DNA from: Octopus bimaculoides
Taxonomy: Eukaryota
Assembly (NCBI RefSeq): GCF_001194135.2
Contig: NC_068997.1
Location: forward strand, 50,457,484-50,521,149
Reading direction: 5' to 3'
Length of the DNA stretch: 63,666 nt
Of this stretch, positions 11,264 to 23,490 are shown in pieces. The position numbers were made by a program, and so were the translations under genes. Under the pieces are notes generated by a model, which saw only the letters and a list, made by a program, of their open reading frames with translations, had not been told where the DNA came from and ran no database searches. The first letter of the stretch is position 1; every line of letters begins with the position of its first letter.

Positions 11264-12325
11264 CTAGAGAAAAGAGAAGGAATAAACACAGGTGATATCA
11301 TGTGACCTGACACAAAAGAGTTTGATGAGAAAGGGTACATTTTAAAGTTCTTTTACAAAGTGTGGCAGAAAAACCTCCCAAATTCTGCACAGTGATTGGT
11401 GTGGCGCTAGTGAAGTTAGTCAGGTGATGATGGTGTCTTCCTGTAGCTAATATCTTACTATTTTTTTCGCATTATGATCATAATTTGGAGCAGTGTGTTT
11501 GATGTTGAAGTGTTTATTAACAAAGGTGAATCTGAGATTAATTTTTGCTGCACCTTGTATCCAGGAGTATTCAACTGGAGGAGTCAACAGAGTGTTGGCC
11601 AACTAGCTGAAGGTTCAATGGATCGTCTCTAGTCATGACAGAGACTACAGAATTTGTTTTACTTATGTTTTTCCATGCCAGCATAGGTTAGATAAATATA
11701 TTGCTGAAGTTTTGTTTTACAGCTGGGTGCCCTCCTTGTCACAAACCCGTATTTGTTTTTCAAGAATGGGATCTCTTATTCCACAAGTCTTCAAAGGAGT
11801 AAAGCCAGTAGAAGAATTGCTGACAAAAGAAATGAAAACAACACCAGTTGCAGCTCAATGNNNNNNNNNNNNNNNNNNNNNNNNNNNNNNNNNNNNNNNN
11901 NNNNNNNNNNNNNNGGGGGGTAAATGTAAACATGTAAACAGACAGGCACATACATGTACATACACACACACACACACTCGCACATATGCATGTGTGCAGA
12001 TGTGGGTATGTGGTTAAGAAGCTTGCTTCCCAACCATATGGTTTCGGTTTCAGTTCCACAGTGTGACACTTTAAACAAGTATCTTCTACTATAGCCCTGG
12101 GTTTCCCAAAGCCTTGTGGGTGGATTTGGTAGATGGAAACTGAAAGAAGCCTGTCACATATGCATGAATGTATACATATGTATGCGAGTGTTACTGTATC
12201 CTTGCTTTAACATTGTGTGATAGCTGTAAATGAGAGTCACTGTCATAAAAGTGATGTCCTTCATTCCTAATCTTGTGTGGAAACAGGTGCAAGCTGGTTA
12301 CCAGCTGGAAGGGCATCCAGAACAC

Positions 12326-12356
<31 letters not shown>

Positions 12357-12363
12357 AACTTAC

Positions 12364-12447
12364 CTGTGGCATTATGTGTCTTGATTTCCACTTCTGGAGC
12401 ATTGAGATAATACTGGTCACAGAGGAACTTGGCATTCTCGTAGGAAT
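12364..12447 (-). CDS. PDK: PDK coding exon 7 (84 bp)
   Basis: ttttctcttgtag|AT TCC TAC...ACA G|gtaagt encodes (D)SYENAKFLCDQYYLNAPEVEIKTHNAT. Confidence 0.97.
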
Positions 12448-12881
12448 CTACAAGAGAAAAAAATTGGGGGAAAAAAAAAAAAGAATTATACATACTGGTT
12501 TCAAATTTTAGCACAAGGCCAGGAGGTTTGGGGGAGGGGCTGAGTCAATTACATTAACCCCAGTTTTCAACTGGTACTTATTTTATTGACCCCTGAAAGG
12601 ATGAAAGGCAAAGTCGACTTTGGTGGAATTTGAACTCAGAATGTAAAGATAGGCCAAAAGTCACAAAGAAATTCCAATTAACTGGAATTGTTAGAGAGTA
12701 TCGAAGATTGCTTATATATAGTGTGTCCTTCTCTTCTTTTAAGATAGCAGAGTGTGACTGCAAGGAGATTTAGCTGGTATTTTGAGTAAGTATGCAGACA
12801 AACCATTGTGGAGTGACGAAAGGTGATGATGATGATGATGATATTGAAAATGAGACAGAAGGAAGAGCAATGTTAACTTAC

Positions 12882-12968
12882 CTTTGACAACATCTAAAAC
12901 TGCACAGTTGGGGTCAATGCAACCAATGTGACGATTATTCTGGGCAAGCTGAGAGCCAAACAGGAGAG
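12882..12968 (-). CDS. PDK: PDK coding exon 6 (87 bp)
   Basis: ttttactttcag|CT CTC CTG...AAA G|gtaagt encodes (T)LLFGSQLAQNNRHIGCIDPNCAVLDVVK. Confidence 0.97.
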
Positions 12969-13754
12969 CTGAAAGTAAAACAGATGTTTTGAAGGAACAT
13001 ATATACATATGTGTGTGTGTGTGTACATGTGTGCATGCATGCATGTATGTGTGTGTGTGTGCGTGTGCGTACATGTGTATGTATGTATATAAATCATTAG
13101 TCTGATATGGCATCTAATGAACAAAAGTTTAGGAAAACTAATTTACAGAAGGAAAAAAAGAAAAATGAGGGAAAACACACACACACACACACATAAATGC
13201 AAACACAGATATACACACATATAAACCTATACATACACATAATATATACATACACTTTTGCATGATTGTACACATACACACACACATGTATAAATAAATA
13301 TACATTGTCAAACACATATCCACATGTTTGTGTGCATGTGTGTATATGTGCATGTCTGTGTGTATGTGTGCATGCGTGTGTATGTATATTTGTAAACAAA
13401 GGCGACTGTCATACAAGCAGTGTCCTTTGTTTCCAGTCTCTTGACGAAAACATGTCTGGCCATGGAGAAATACTACCTTGCCTGGAAACAGGTGAGGGTT
13501 GGTGACAGAAAGGGCATCCAGCCATAGAAAATCTGCTCCAATGAATCTTGTGTGACCCATTCAAGCATGGAAAGGTCAATGTGAAAATGGTGATAAGAGA
13601 GAGAGAGAAAGAAAGAGAGAGTGTGTGTATGGATGCATGCAAGAGTGTATATAAATGGATGTGCACACATGGGTGAGAAAGAGAGGGAAGAGAAGAAGAG
13701 AGAGAGAGAAAGTGTATGCATGTAACGACCAAGAGGTGCCTGGGGTTTACTCAC

Positions 13755-13875
13755 TGTGTTGGTTGATAAGCATTCTTATACTGATTCTGCTCATGTAGAA
13801 CCGGTCCAAGAAGTACTGGATGCGAGTCTCAGTGTTGCTGTCGATGCCATGGGAGTCCTTCAGTTCTATGACACC
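13755..13875 (-). CDS. PDK: PDK coding exon 5 (121 bp)
   Basis: tttccatttcag|GGT GTC...CAC A|gtgagt encodes [40 protein letters not shown], containing the hallmark PDK motif. Confidence 0.98.
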
Positions 13876-14245
13876 CTGAAATGGAAACAATTGCTACCCT
13901 GAATTCATACCCCATAGTCGGAAGGATATGGAGAAGGAGAAGGGAGTAGGGGGGTGGGAGTTTACAAAATAACTGGAGAAAGAAAGAGGAGGAGGTGAGC
14001 GAGGTTGGGTGGGGGTGGGGACAATATGTCAGAATTAATCCTAAGAATAGAGGTAAATACTATTAAGAAACCCCAATAATGACCCCCCACTCCTCTACCT
14101 AAATAACTAAGGAATTAGTTGAGAGAAGAAAGAGAGGAAAGATAAAAGAGAAAGGAAGTATGGGAGAAGAATGTAAAGGAAATAAACAATTGGTCAGGTT
14201 TTGGTGCACACTTTACCTCCTGTTAAGGTACTTTAAACCCTAATT

Positions 14246-14472
14246 CAGTGATTCTCAACCGGGGCCCCATATAATGTTTTGTTGTTAAAGTTTACATGTA
14301 ATAAATCGGTCCTATTTTGAAAATACACAAATTATTTTCACAATTTCTTAAATACAATTCCTTATAATATTTAACTATAAAAATATAAAAGAATTTTTTT
14401 AAACATGGAGGTCCAGTAGGGGAAAATAAGAATGAAAGGGGTCCCTGAGCAAAAAATGGTTGAGGACCAGTG
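14246..14472. mobile_element. hAT MITE (227 bp)
   Basis: TIRs cagtgattctcaacc / ggttgaggaccagtg; perfect 8-bp TSD ccctaatt (14238-14245 and 14473-14480). Confidence 0.9.
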
Positions 14473-14504
14473 CCCTAATTGATTCATTACCGAAACCTGA
14501 TCAA

Positions 14505-14640
14505 TCAGGAGGTAAACTTCTTTGAGTACCTCACTGGAAGGTAAGCTATTTTAGAGTACCTTGTCAGGAGGTAAACTTTAGAATATTTCAAAGGGAGTGT
14601 TTAGAGTACCTTAAAGGGAGGCAAACTGTTAGAAACTAGG
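14505..14640. repeat. Degenerate ~25-30-bp tandem repeat
   Basis: Recurring ggaggtaaac..ttagagtacc. Confidence 0.6.
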
Positions 14641-15039
14641 CTAATTTCTGCTAAAGCCAGGGATTAGTGGAGTGGAGAGGGTCAGTATTATGGGGAATGC
14701 ATTGGAATAGATCTGTGAAATTCTATCAAGAACAGACATATAGGTATTGAACAAATCTAATAAGAATTAGTAAAGAGAAAGGAGGGTAATGTTATCTAAT
14801 CAATTTGACTACCTGTACAGACAGGTAAAACAATTCTGGCAACAAACAATTGTTCATAGATACTGCTTTCTCCCTCTCTCTCACTCATGATACATGCATG
14901 CACACACACACACGCGCGCGTGCACCTGAGAATTACATTAAGGGTACACGTGGGTGTGGAATGCTTCGGTCACGGACACGTTACTTCAGGAGCAAGTAAA
15001 TCAGTTAATTAAATAACTTACTCCCCGTCATTGAATGAT

Positions 15040-15420
15040 GGAGGCTCACCACCATCATACCCCACCTCCCATCTGCTGCAAATTCTTACGTCAGTGCTTC
15101 ATAGGGGTACAACAGGGGGCAATGGTTGTTCAATAGCTATAGTAGCAGGAGTGTATGCCTGGCAGGTCCAAATGAGCTACAAAGATACCAGACAACTGAC
15201 CCTTGAAGAGGACTGCCTCACTGAACCAAGCACAGAGTCTGTTTGCTCTAAGTTGGAAGCCAGCTGAACAAAAGAGATGAAAAAGGGCCTGTCAATCAAG
15301 CCAGTGGGGTGGAGTCACCTTAAAAGCGAAAACAATGTGAGGAAATGGGATCAACAGTGTATAACAGCATGTGATGGTCTGGTTGATACCAGGATACGGT
15401 GTCAGTCGCCATATTCCATT
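15040..15420 (-). mobile_element. Old LINE RT remnant (CR1/L2-like)
   Basis: Decayed 'GSPLQGSVV' (compare GVPQGSVL), preceded by an 'FRFxGDST'-like segment. Confidence 0.3.
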
Positions 15421-15533
15421 GCATAACAGTGAACTCCAATTGTCTGTTGTGGCAAGTTTTCTATGGCTGGATGCCCTTCCTAATGTCAACCACTTAACAG
15501 AGTGTATTGGGTGCTTTTCACATGCCATTGATA

Positions 15534-15585
<52 letters not shown>

Positions 15586-16005
15586 NNNNNNNNNNNNNNN
15601 NNNNNNNNNNNNNNNNNNNNNNNNNNNNNNNNNNNNNNNNNNNNNNNNNNNNNNNNNNNNNNNNNNNNNNNNNNNNNNNNNNNNNNNNNNNNNNNNNNNN
15701 NNNNNNNNNNNNNNNNNNNNNNNNNNNNNNNNNNNNNNNNNNNNNNNNNNNNNNNNNNNNNNNNNNNNNNNNNNNNNNNNNNNNNNNNNNNNNNNNNNNN
15801 NNNNNNNNNNNNNNNNNNNNNNTCCATGGCCCTTATTTGAAACAACCAATCAGACGAATCCATGTGTTTTAAATTTAAAATTTTATATTACTTTCGATTG
15901 CATCGTTATCCTTCCTCCATTTCTAACAAAACTGTCCGATGAACGGGAACGTGAAACTCAGAGTAACGGTTTTTTTGTTATATTTCTGCTGCTTTTAAAT
16001 AAAGC

Positions 16006-16041
<36 letters not shown>

Positions 16042-17544
16042 ATGTGTGTGTGTGTGTGTATATATATATATCTATTAGTTTTGTGTGCTCATTGGAATTT
16101 CAAAGGCAGTCTCTCTGTTCTGGAGGAACTTAATACAAGTGTTCCAAAGTAACCTTTAACACTGATGAGATACCAGTGTGGTGAAGAATTCAATCCCAGA
16201 ATGCAAAGAACCAGAATTGATACTCCAAAACATTTCATATCAGAACGCCCTAACAATCCTGCCACTCTGTCATCATTGGTACTTTTACTTATTTATTGAC
16301 CTTGAAAGAATGAAATGAGAGTTGAACTTGCCACAGGGCATTCTAACCAATATTTGTAAGGACTACCAATTCACTGCTTTTCTTATACACACACACATTT
16401 TTTACTGTATAATTACAAAAACACAGTTGGTGCTTGACAACAACTCAAGTTTCCTGTTCAAGCAACAAACAGTATTTCAATTATTTTTGGATAAAACCAA
16501 AGCCTAATTTCGTTGTTTAATCATCAGGCTGTGTTGGTGAATATCGCAGAATATTCTAGCCATAACTAATCCATCTTTCCATGCAGTTTGTCTTACACTG
16601 CATTATCCAATGTTCCCATCCTTTAAAAATATGGTATGCTAGATGTAATTTGAAACATGACTGCTATTTATAGCAGGTCAAGACAAAGCAAATTCTCTCA
16701 CTGATTCCAATTACAGTCTATCTTTTATTACATTTATATGGCCCACCTACCTACTGAGACACTTTGTGTAACATCAAGTGATTATATAATGATGTGTGTA
16801 TAGAGTTATTCGTTCATGAAAGTCACTCATCAGTATAGGGTTACTCTCAACAATCAGCTTGTCCTTAATGTCATGGTAGAAGTAACTTGAATACATGCCA
16901 TTGTAGATAAACACATTAGGTGCAAGCATAGCTGTGTGGCTAACATACTTAAGATGCGACCATGGGTTCTAGGCTTCAGCCCCAATGTGTGGTTCCTTGG
17001 GCATGTGTCTTCCACTATAGCCCAACTAAAGCCTTGTGAGTGGGTTTGGTAGACGCAAAATGGATGGAGACTGTCTATGTGTGTGTGCTTGTGCGTGCGT
17101 GTGTCCCCTCTCCCGCTGCGTGATAACTGTTGTTGATATTTGTTTATGCTCCTTTAACTTAGAAGCTTAGCAAAAAAGACTAACAGAATCAGCATCAGAC
17201 TTTTAAAAATAAGTGCCTGGGTTGATTTGTTTGACTAAATCTTTCAAGGTGGTGGCCTAATATAGCTGAAAGAAGTGAGATATATAAATGTTAATAGGTC
17301 TGCATTGGTATCTAACAGCAGTTGAGAGAAGGACTAGCAAACCAAATCAAGATGATAAAGCAACAATGGGAAGTTTTTTTGGTTTTTTTCCACTGTAAAG
17401 TACATCTGATCAGATTTATCTACCACTGAGTTTATCAAACTGCCCACAAAGCATCTACAAAAAGAACCAAATCCACATTGATAAGTTAATCCATCTTAGA
17501 GTCACCTTATCTTTTCAAATGTTAATCCTTCAACAATTCACAAG

Positions 17545-17582
<38 letters not shown>

Positions 17583-17604
17583 AACACATATATGTGTATA
17601 TATA

Positions 17605-17651
<47 letters not shown>

Positions 17652-17713
17652 ACATGTATATACACATACACATGTATATACACATATATATATATACACA
17701 TATATACTTATAC

Positions 17714-17745
<32 letters not shown>

Positions 17746-17809
17746 GCATACATACATACATATACAAAAACATATATACATATACACATATTTATACATA
17801 CACACACAC

Positions 17810-17848
<39 letters not shown>

Positions 17849-17953
17849 CACATACATACATACATAACAAATGAAAGACAGAAGATGGAATAGACGAGAA
17901 TACATTATTAATCACGACAATTGTTTTGACACATCTTGCATCATTCCTCTTGG

Positions 17954-17997
<44 letters not shown>

Positions 17998-19448
17998 NNN
18001 NNNNNNNNNNNNNNNNNNNNNNNNNNNNNNNNNNNNNNNNNNNNNNNNNNNNNNNNNNNNNNNNNNNNNNNNNNNNNNNNNNNNNNNNNNNNNNNNNNNN
18101 NNNNNNNNNNNNNNNNNNNAATCCCACCCACACACTCACCCACAAAACATATTTAAAGAGACTGGTCCCTATTTTACATTTGATGCACTAGACAAGTTAA
18201 TGCTCCCACAAACTACAAGAATATATGGGTGGCGGATGTGGCGGTGGATTCAATGACTAATTCTAGGTTCCATAGTTTTAAATAGACAAGTGCAGGTGGC
18301 ACGTAAAAGCACCCACTACACTCTCAGAGTGGTTGGCGTTAGGAAGGGCATCCAGCTGTAGAAACTTTGCCAGATCAGATTGGAGCCTGGTGTAGCCATC
18401 TGGTTTCACCAGCCCTCAGTCAAATCATCCAACCCATGCTAGCATGGAAAGCGGACGTTAAACGACAATAATGATGATGATGATGAAGTGGTAGATATCT
18501 GAAGTGGGATATGTTGCTAGGCTACTTCAGTGAACTTTCTTCCAACAGTTTGATATATTTCATCAAGTCATTTCACAGCCAAATAAATCGAGACAAATTA
18601 CAATAAATCGAGACAAATTACAATAAATCTTCAAAGATTCAAATAAAAAGCATATGTAAAACAAAACAAAACATTATCGTTCAGATTAAAAAGATAAATG
18701 AACAAACAGATTGGCTGAGCAGATAAACTTCTAACTGGACTGGGACCGTAAGTCTATGTTTATCTAGGAAAAAGAAGTTTCTAGAGAACAGCTTGGCTGG
18801 TACTTATTTCTGACAGCTTTGTGAAACTGAGGCAACGTAAAATTACTTTTAATGAATCATAGAAAAAAAAACAAAATAATAATAATAACAACAACAGCAA
18901 GAACAACAGCAGCTAACTTTGGCAAAAAGATCTCGAAATAGACTGAAATGAAGAGGAATGACCTTAATTTCAGCATGAGTAAAACCAAAAGCTGCTTCAG
19001 ATAACCTTCAAATGTTGCTGCTGTCCTGTGAAGGGGGTTGTAGGTAAGGGTTAGTGATGGTGGGGGAGGTTTGAGAGAAATATTGATCTTGGTCGATAGC
19101 CATCTTGTATTGATTAAACTACACACACACACACACAACAACAACAACAACAACAGGTAGACCTTGTTTTAAAATAGATAAATAATCTGACATGAATCGC
19201 AGAAATGCAATAAAAACTTTTTCATTAGAAACACCTTTTGAATCTAACATTTCCTCCACCGGACTAACCGTAAGTGCTGAGAAGATAACCACTGCGCGTG
19301 TGTGTGTGTGCGTGTGTTTGTGTGTGTGTGTGTGGATTGAGATGAATGGCATCGTGCCAGACGAAATGCATTTACAATGTTTATTTGTGTCCCACATCTC
19401 TGGTTCAAAATCCAGCAGTGCATGTGTCCTTCCTATTTCTTTTTTTGG

Positions 19449-19847
19449 CGGCTGTGTGGTAAGTAGCTTGCTTACCAACCACATGGTCCTGGGTTCAGTC
19501 CCACTGCGTGGCACCTTGGGCAAGTGTCTTCTACTATAGCCTCGGGCCGACCAAAGCCTTGTGAGTGGATTTGGTAGACGGAAACTGAAAGAAGCCTGTT
19601 GTATATATGTATATATATATATATATGTATGTATGTGTGTTTGTGTGTCTGTGTTTGTCCTCCCCACCATCATTTGACAACCGATGCTGGTGTGTTTACG
19701 TCTCCGTAACTTAGCAGTTCGGCAAAAAGAGACCGATAGAACAAGTACTAGGCTTACAAAGAATAAGTCCTGGGGTCGATTTTCTCGACTAAAGGCGGTG
19801 CTCCAGCATGGCCGCAGTCAAATGACTGAAACAAGTAAAAGAGTAAA
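19449..19847 (+). mobile_element. tRNA-derived SINE family A, full length
   Basis: A/B-box head gctgtgtggtaag...gggttcagtccc, CORE-like gcaccttgggcaagtgtctt, internal (TA/TG)n, tail ...gactgaaacaagtaaaag. Confidence 0.9.
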
Positions 19848-19913
19848 GACAATAGGAGGTGTTTTGAGGTAAATTTGGTTGTTGCTTCTAGCAGATCAAA
19901 TGACTGCTGAGAG

Positions 19914-20091
19914 CAGGCCTGACCAACTTGGATTACATTGTGGGCCACTTTAATCACAGAAAGTTCTTTATTTTGAGACAAATGTTTCACACAAACAATT
20001 TTATTTTGAAATTAACAATACTTCAAGAAAGTATCAAGCAGGCTGCAAGATAAAAGTCTGCGGGCTGCAGGCCTCAGGTTGGTCAGCCCTG
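19914..20091. mobile_element. hAT MITE (178 bp)
   Basis: TIRs caggcctgaccaac / gttggtcagccctg; 8-bp TSD gctgagag / gcttagag. Confidence 0.85.
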
Positions 20092-20099
20092 GCTTAGAG

Positions 20100-20755
20100 C
20101 ATTGGTTCTCAACAGGGGTCAATATAGGATTTTGTTGTTAAAGTTCATGTGCAATAAATTGGCTACACTTCTGACAATACACAAAATTTTTTAACAATTT
20201 TTCGTACAATTTGTAATAATATTTAATATATACTCTTTTTACTCTTTTACTTGTTTCAGTCATTTGACTGCGGCCATGCTGAAGCACCGCCTTTAGTCAA
20301 GAAAATCGACCCCAGGACTTATTCTTTGTAAGCCTAGTACTTATTCTATTGGTCTCTTTTTGCCGAATTGCTAAGTTACGGGGACGTAAACACACCAGCA
20401 TCGGTTGTCAAGCGATGGTGAGGGGACAAACACAGACACACAAACACACATACATATATATGCTGAGCATCTTTCAGTTTCCGTCTACCAAATCCACTCA
20501 CAAGGCTTTGGTTGGCCTGAGGCTAAAGTAGAAGACACTTGCCCAAGGTGCCATGCAGTGGGACTGAACCCAGAACCATGTAGTTGGTAAGCAAGCTACT
20601 TACCACACAGCCACTTGTATTGATTAAACTACACATACACACACATATAAAAATGTAATGGGAATTTTTTAAACATTGAATAGCTATGAGGGTCCGCCCA
20701 AGTAAAATAGGAATCAAAAAGGAGACCATAGTCAAAAAATGGTTGCGAACCACTA
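20100..20755. mobile_element. hAT MITE of the 14246 family, split by a SINE insertion
   Basis: Starts cattggttctcaac and ends ggttgcgaaccacta; internal sequence matches 14246-14472 on both sides of the SINE. Confidence 0.75.
20232..20613 (-). mobile_element. SINE family A, full length, inverted relative to 19449-19847
   Basis: Reverse complement of the family A sequence over its whole length. Confidence 0.9.
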
Positions 20756-21204
20756 GCTTTGGAGTTCCCAGGGGTGACAGAAATAGTGTTGTGTTAGATG
20801 AAATGTATTTGCAATGTTTATTTATGTCTCACAACACCTCTGGTTCAAAGTCCTGCAGTGCCGTGTACTTCACTTCCTCCTTTATATTTTGTCAAAGACA
20901 GTAGGAGGTGATTCAAAACAAATTTGGCTGTTATTTCTAGCATACCAAATGACTACATAGAGGCTCCCTATTTTGGCTTGAGGTCAGCAAAGTTTTAGTA
21001 TTTGGTTCATGAGAGAGAGAAAAAAATCAATACGAATAGAACTAGTTTTGATAAATCATGGAAACAAACAGTGAAAGCCAACTGTTATTTCCCTAAAAGT
21101 AAACAAGTCGTTATCAGAACGAAGAGATTTATTTCACAAGTTGTAAGCAGAAAACCTGATTCAACAATGCATTTTAGTTTTATAAAGACTGTTAACCGGT
21201 TTGT

Positions 21205-21680
21205 TACAATGCTTCTGCTGAAATACACTGCTTTTGTTTCAATTAATTTTGAAAATTTATTGAAATATTTTTGTCGTTATTAACCTGGTATTTAGAACAT
21301 AAATTAGCATGGAATTTGATGGAAGCTTTTAATTCAGATCAAGTCTATCTCAAATCTTTTGTTACTATATTCTATTGAAATACACTGGCTTTCTTTCAGC
21401 TAATTTCAAAAATAACAAAGAATTTATTGAAATAACTCTATAGCAATTAAGCTGATATTTGAAACATAAATTAACCTGGAATTTGGAAGGAAGTTTTTTA
21501 ATGTAGATCACTTTAGCTCTTTTGTTACTATATCTATAATAAAATACACTACTTTTTTCTTTCAATTAATTTTGAAAATAATGAAGAATTTACCGAAATA
21601 ACTTTGTCCTTATTAACCTGGTGTTTAGAACATAAATTAATATGAAACTTTGATGAAAGATATTAATTTACATCGCTTGG
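21205..21680. repeat. AT-rich ~160-bp unit, three tandem copies; related units at about 55585-55935
   Basis: Recurring gaaatacactg...attaattttgaaaat...gaacataaatta..atggaatttgatggaag...tagatcac. Confidence 0.75.
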
Positions 21681-21894
21681 TTATCCAGTATAAAGTGATT
21701 TAAATGAAAATGTGATGAAGCCTGTTATAGCTCATGGCTGTGTGGTTTGAGAAGCTTGGTTTGCAACCACAAGGCTTCAGGTTCAGTCCCACTGTGCAGT
21801 ACCTTGGGCAAGTGTTTTTCTACTTTATTTTAGCCCTAGGCTGACCAATGTCTTGTGAGTGATTTGATACATGGAAATTCTATAGAAACCCTTT

Positions 21895-21929
<35 letters not shown>

Positions 21930-22423
21930 CTATTTGTACTTGTTCCCTCCCCCCACACCACCACTTGACAACAGGTGCTGGACCAAATTGAATAAGAACC
22001 AGACTTTAAGAAAATAAGTACTGGAGTTGATTTGTCTGACTAAAACTCTTCAGGGTGGGGGTCCCAGAAAGGCTGCAGTCCAATGACTGAAACAAGTAAA
22101 AAATAAAAATATGTATGTGCATGTGCGGGTGCTTACGTGAGTGAGTTTACATTCTCCATGCCCTCCCCCTATCCTCGTGTGTGTTCACTGACTGTAAACA
22201 GCTTCACTGTCGGCACAGGCGATGTTCTCTGCATACAGTGAACAGCAAAAACATGTCTGGGGTCTTTTTGACATGTTATGTAGTCTTTGTAAACAAAAGG
22301 CTCGATGGTTTGCTTCCAGTTTACTGGACTGTTTGTTGTTTGATAGAAGAGCATCCAGCAATAGATAAACCTGCCTCAATGAATTTCATCTGACCCATAC
22401 AGGCATGGAAAAGTAGATGTTAA

Positions 22424-22454
<31 letters not shown>

Positions 22455-23437
22455 CGGCGGTGGCAATGATAATAATGATGATGATGATGATGATGATGAT
22501 GACGATGAGGATAATGATGATAAGCATGGAAAAGTGGAATTTCACCTGAAGATTGCAGTCGCATGAAACTCGAGCCACAAGGCTCTCAGCTTCAGTCTAA
22601 AAAAAAAAACTTCGCAGACACACGCACACAAACACACACCAGACTTCTTTCGATTTAAATAATGATAGAGATGATGAAGACTTCATTATATAAGTACATT
22701 ATAGTTCATTATATAATTATTATGTCATTAAACAATATTTTATAATTATCACATTATATAACATAATATAATAATTACATTCACAGAACATTATTAGTTC
22801 AGTAGCAATAAACCCTAAGCTAATTAATGTGGTCTAATTAGTTCATATAACGATGAATCATATATTAGTGTAGTTCTAATTAACCATTAATTAAAAAAAG
22901 ATGTTAGTTTTACAAGAGATTAGCAGCAGTGCTTCATTCATTGTTACACCCTAACATACCCCGGTGGATGTATATTGCCATCTGTTTAAAGACTACCCCT
23001 GTAACTCTGTAGAAGGTGTTTAACCCTAGGTCTGTTTGGATCTAGCAAACCTGTTGTCAAAGACATTCCGGCCATGACTAACCTGTGTTATTTTTCCCAA
23101 CATAAAGCATCTTGGGCTACATCGTTTAATGTATGTTTCCATGTTCCTTGACTCTGTATCCATTTCAATTTGTACTCTTATATACTTTTTGCCCACATCC
23201 AAGCAAAAACAGGCTAAATTATTAGGGGAAAGAATCGCATAAAATCAGAATAAACATAAAACTAAAAACTGATATTTGCAATGCATTCAATATGCATGTT
23301 TCAAATAGTTATGCCTGATAACACTTACATAGTACTATCTTCTTCAGGTAGTATTATGCAAGGGTAGCTACAAGAAACATGTACATTAAATACATTCAAA
23401 ATACCAACCTTTGGTTTTGTATTTATTGTGAGATATC

Positions 23438-23469
<32 letters not shown>

Positions 23470-23490
23470 ATGTATAAATATATATATATA

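Noticed and set aside
14650-14725. 'NFTDL' look-alike of PDK exon 4
   Set aside because: Wrong phase, no IRNRH/MAQ motif and an in-frame stop; the real exon 4 starts at 23969.
15022-15072. 51-nt exon-like segment with a gtaagt donor
   Set aside because: It has a stop in the required phase 0, a weak acceptor, and lies at the edge of a decayed LINE remnant.
18581-18629. 20-bp tandem duplication (aataaatcgagacaaattac)
   Set aside because: Simple slippage duplication with no further structure.
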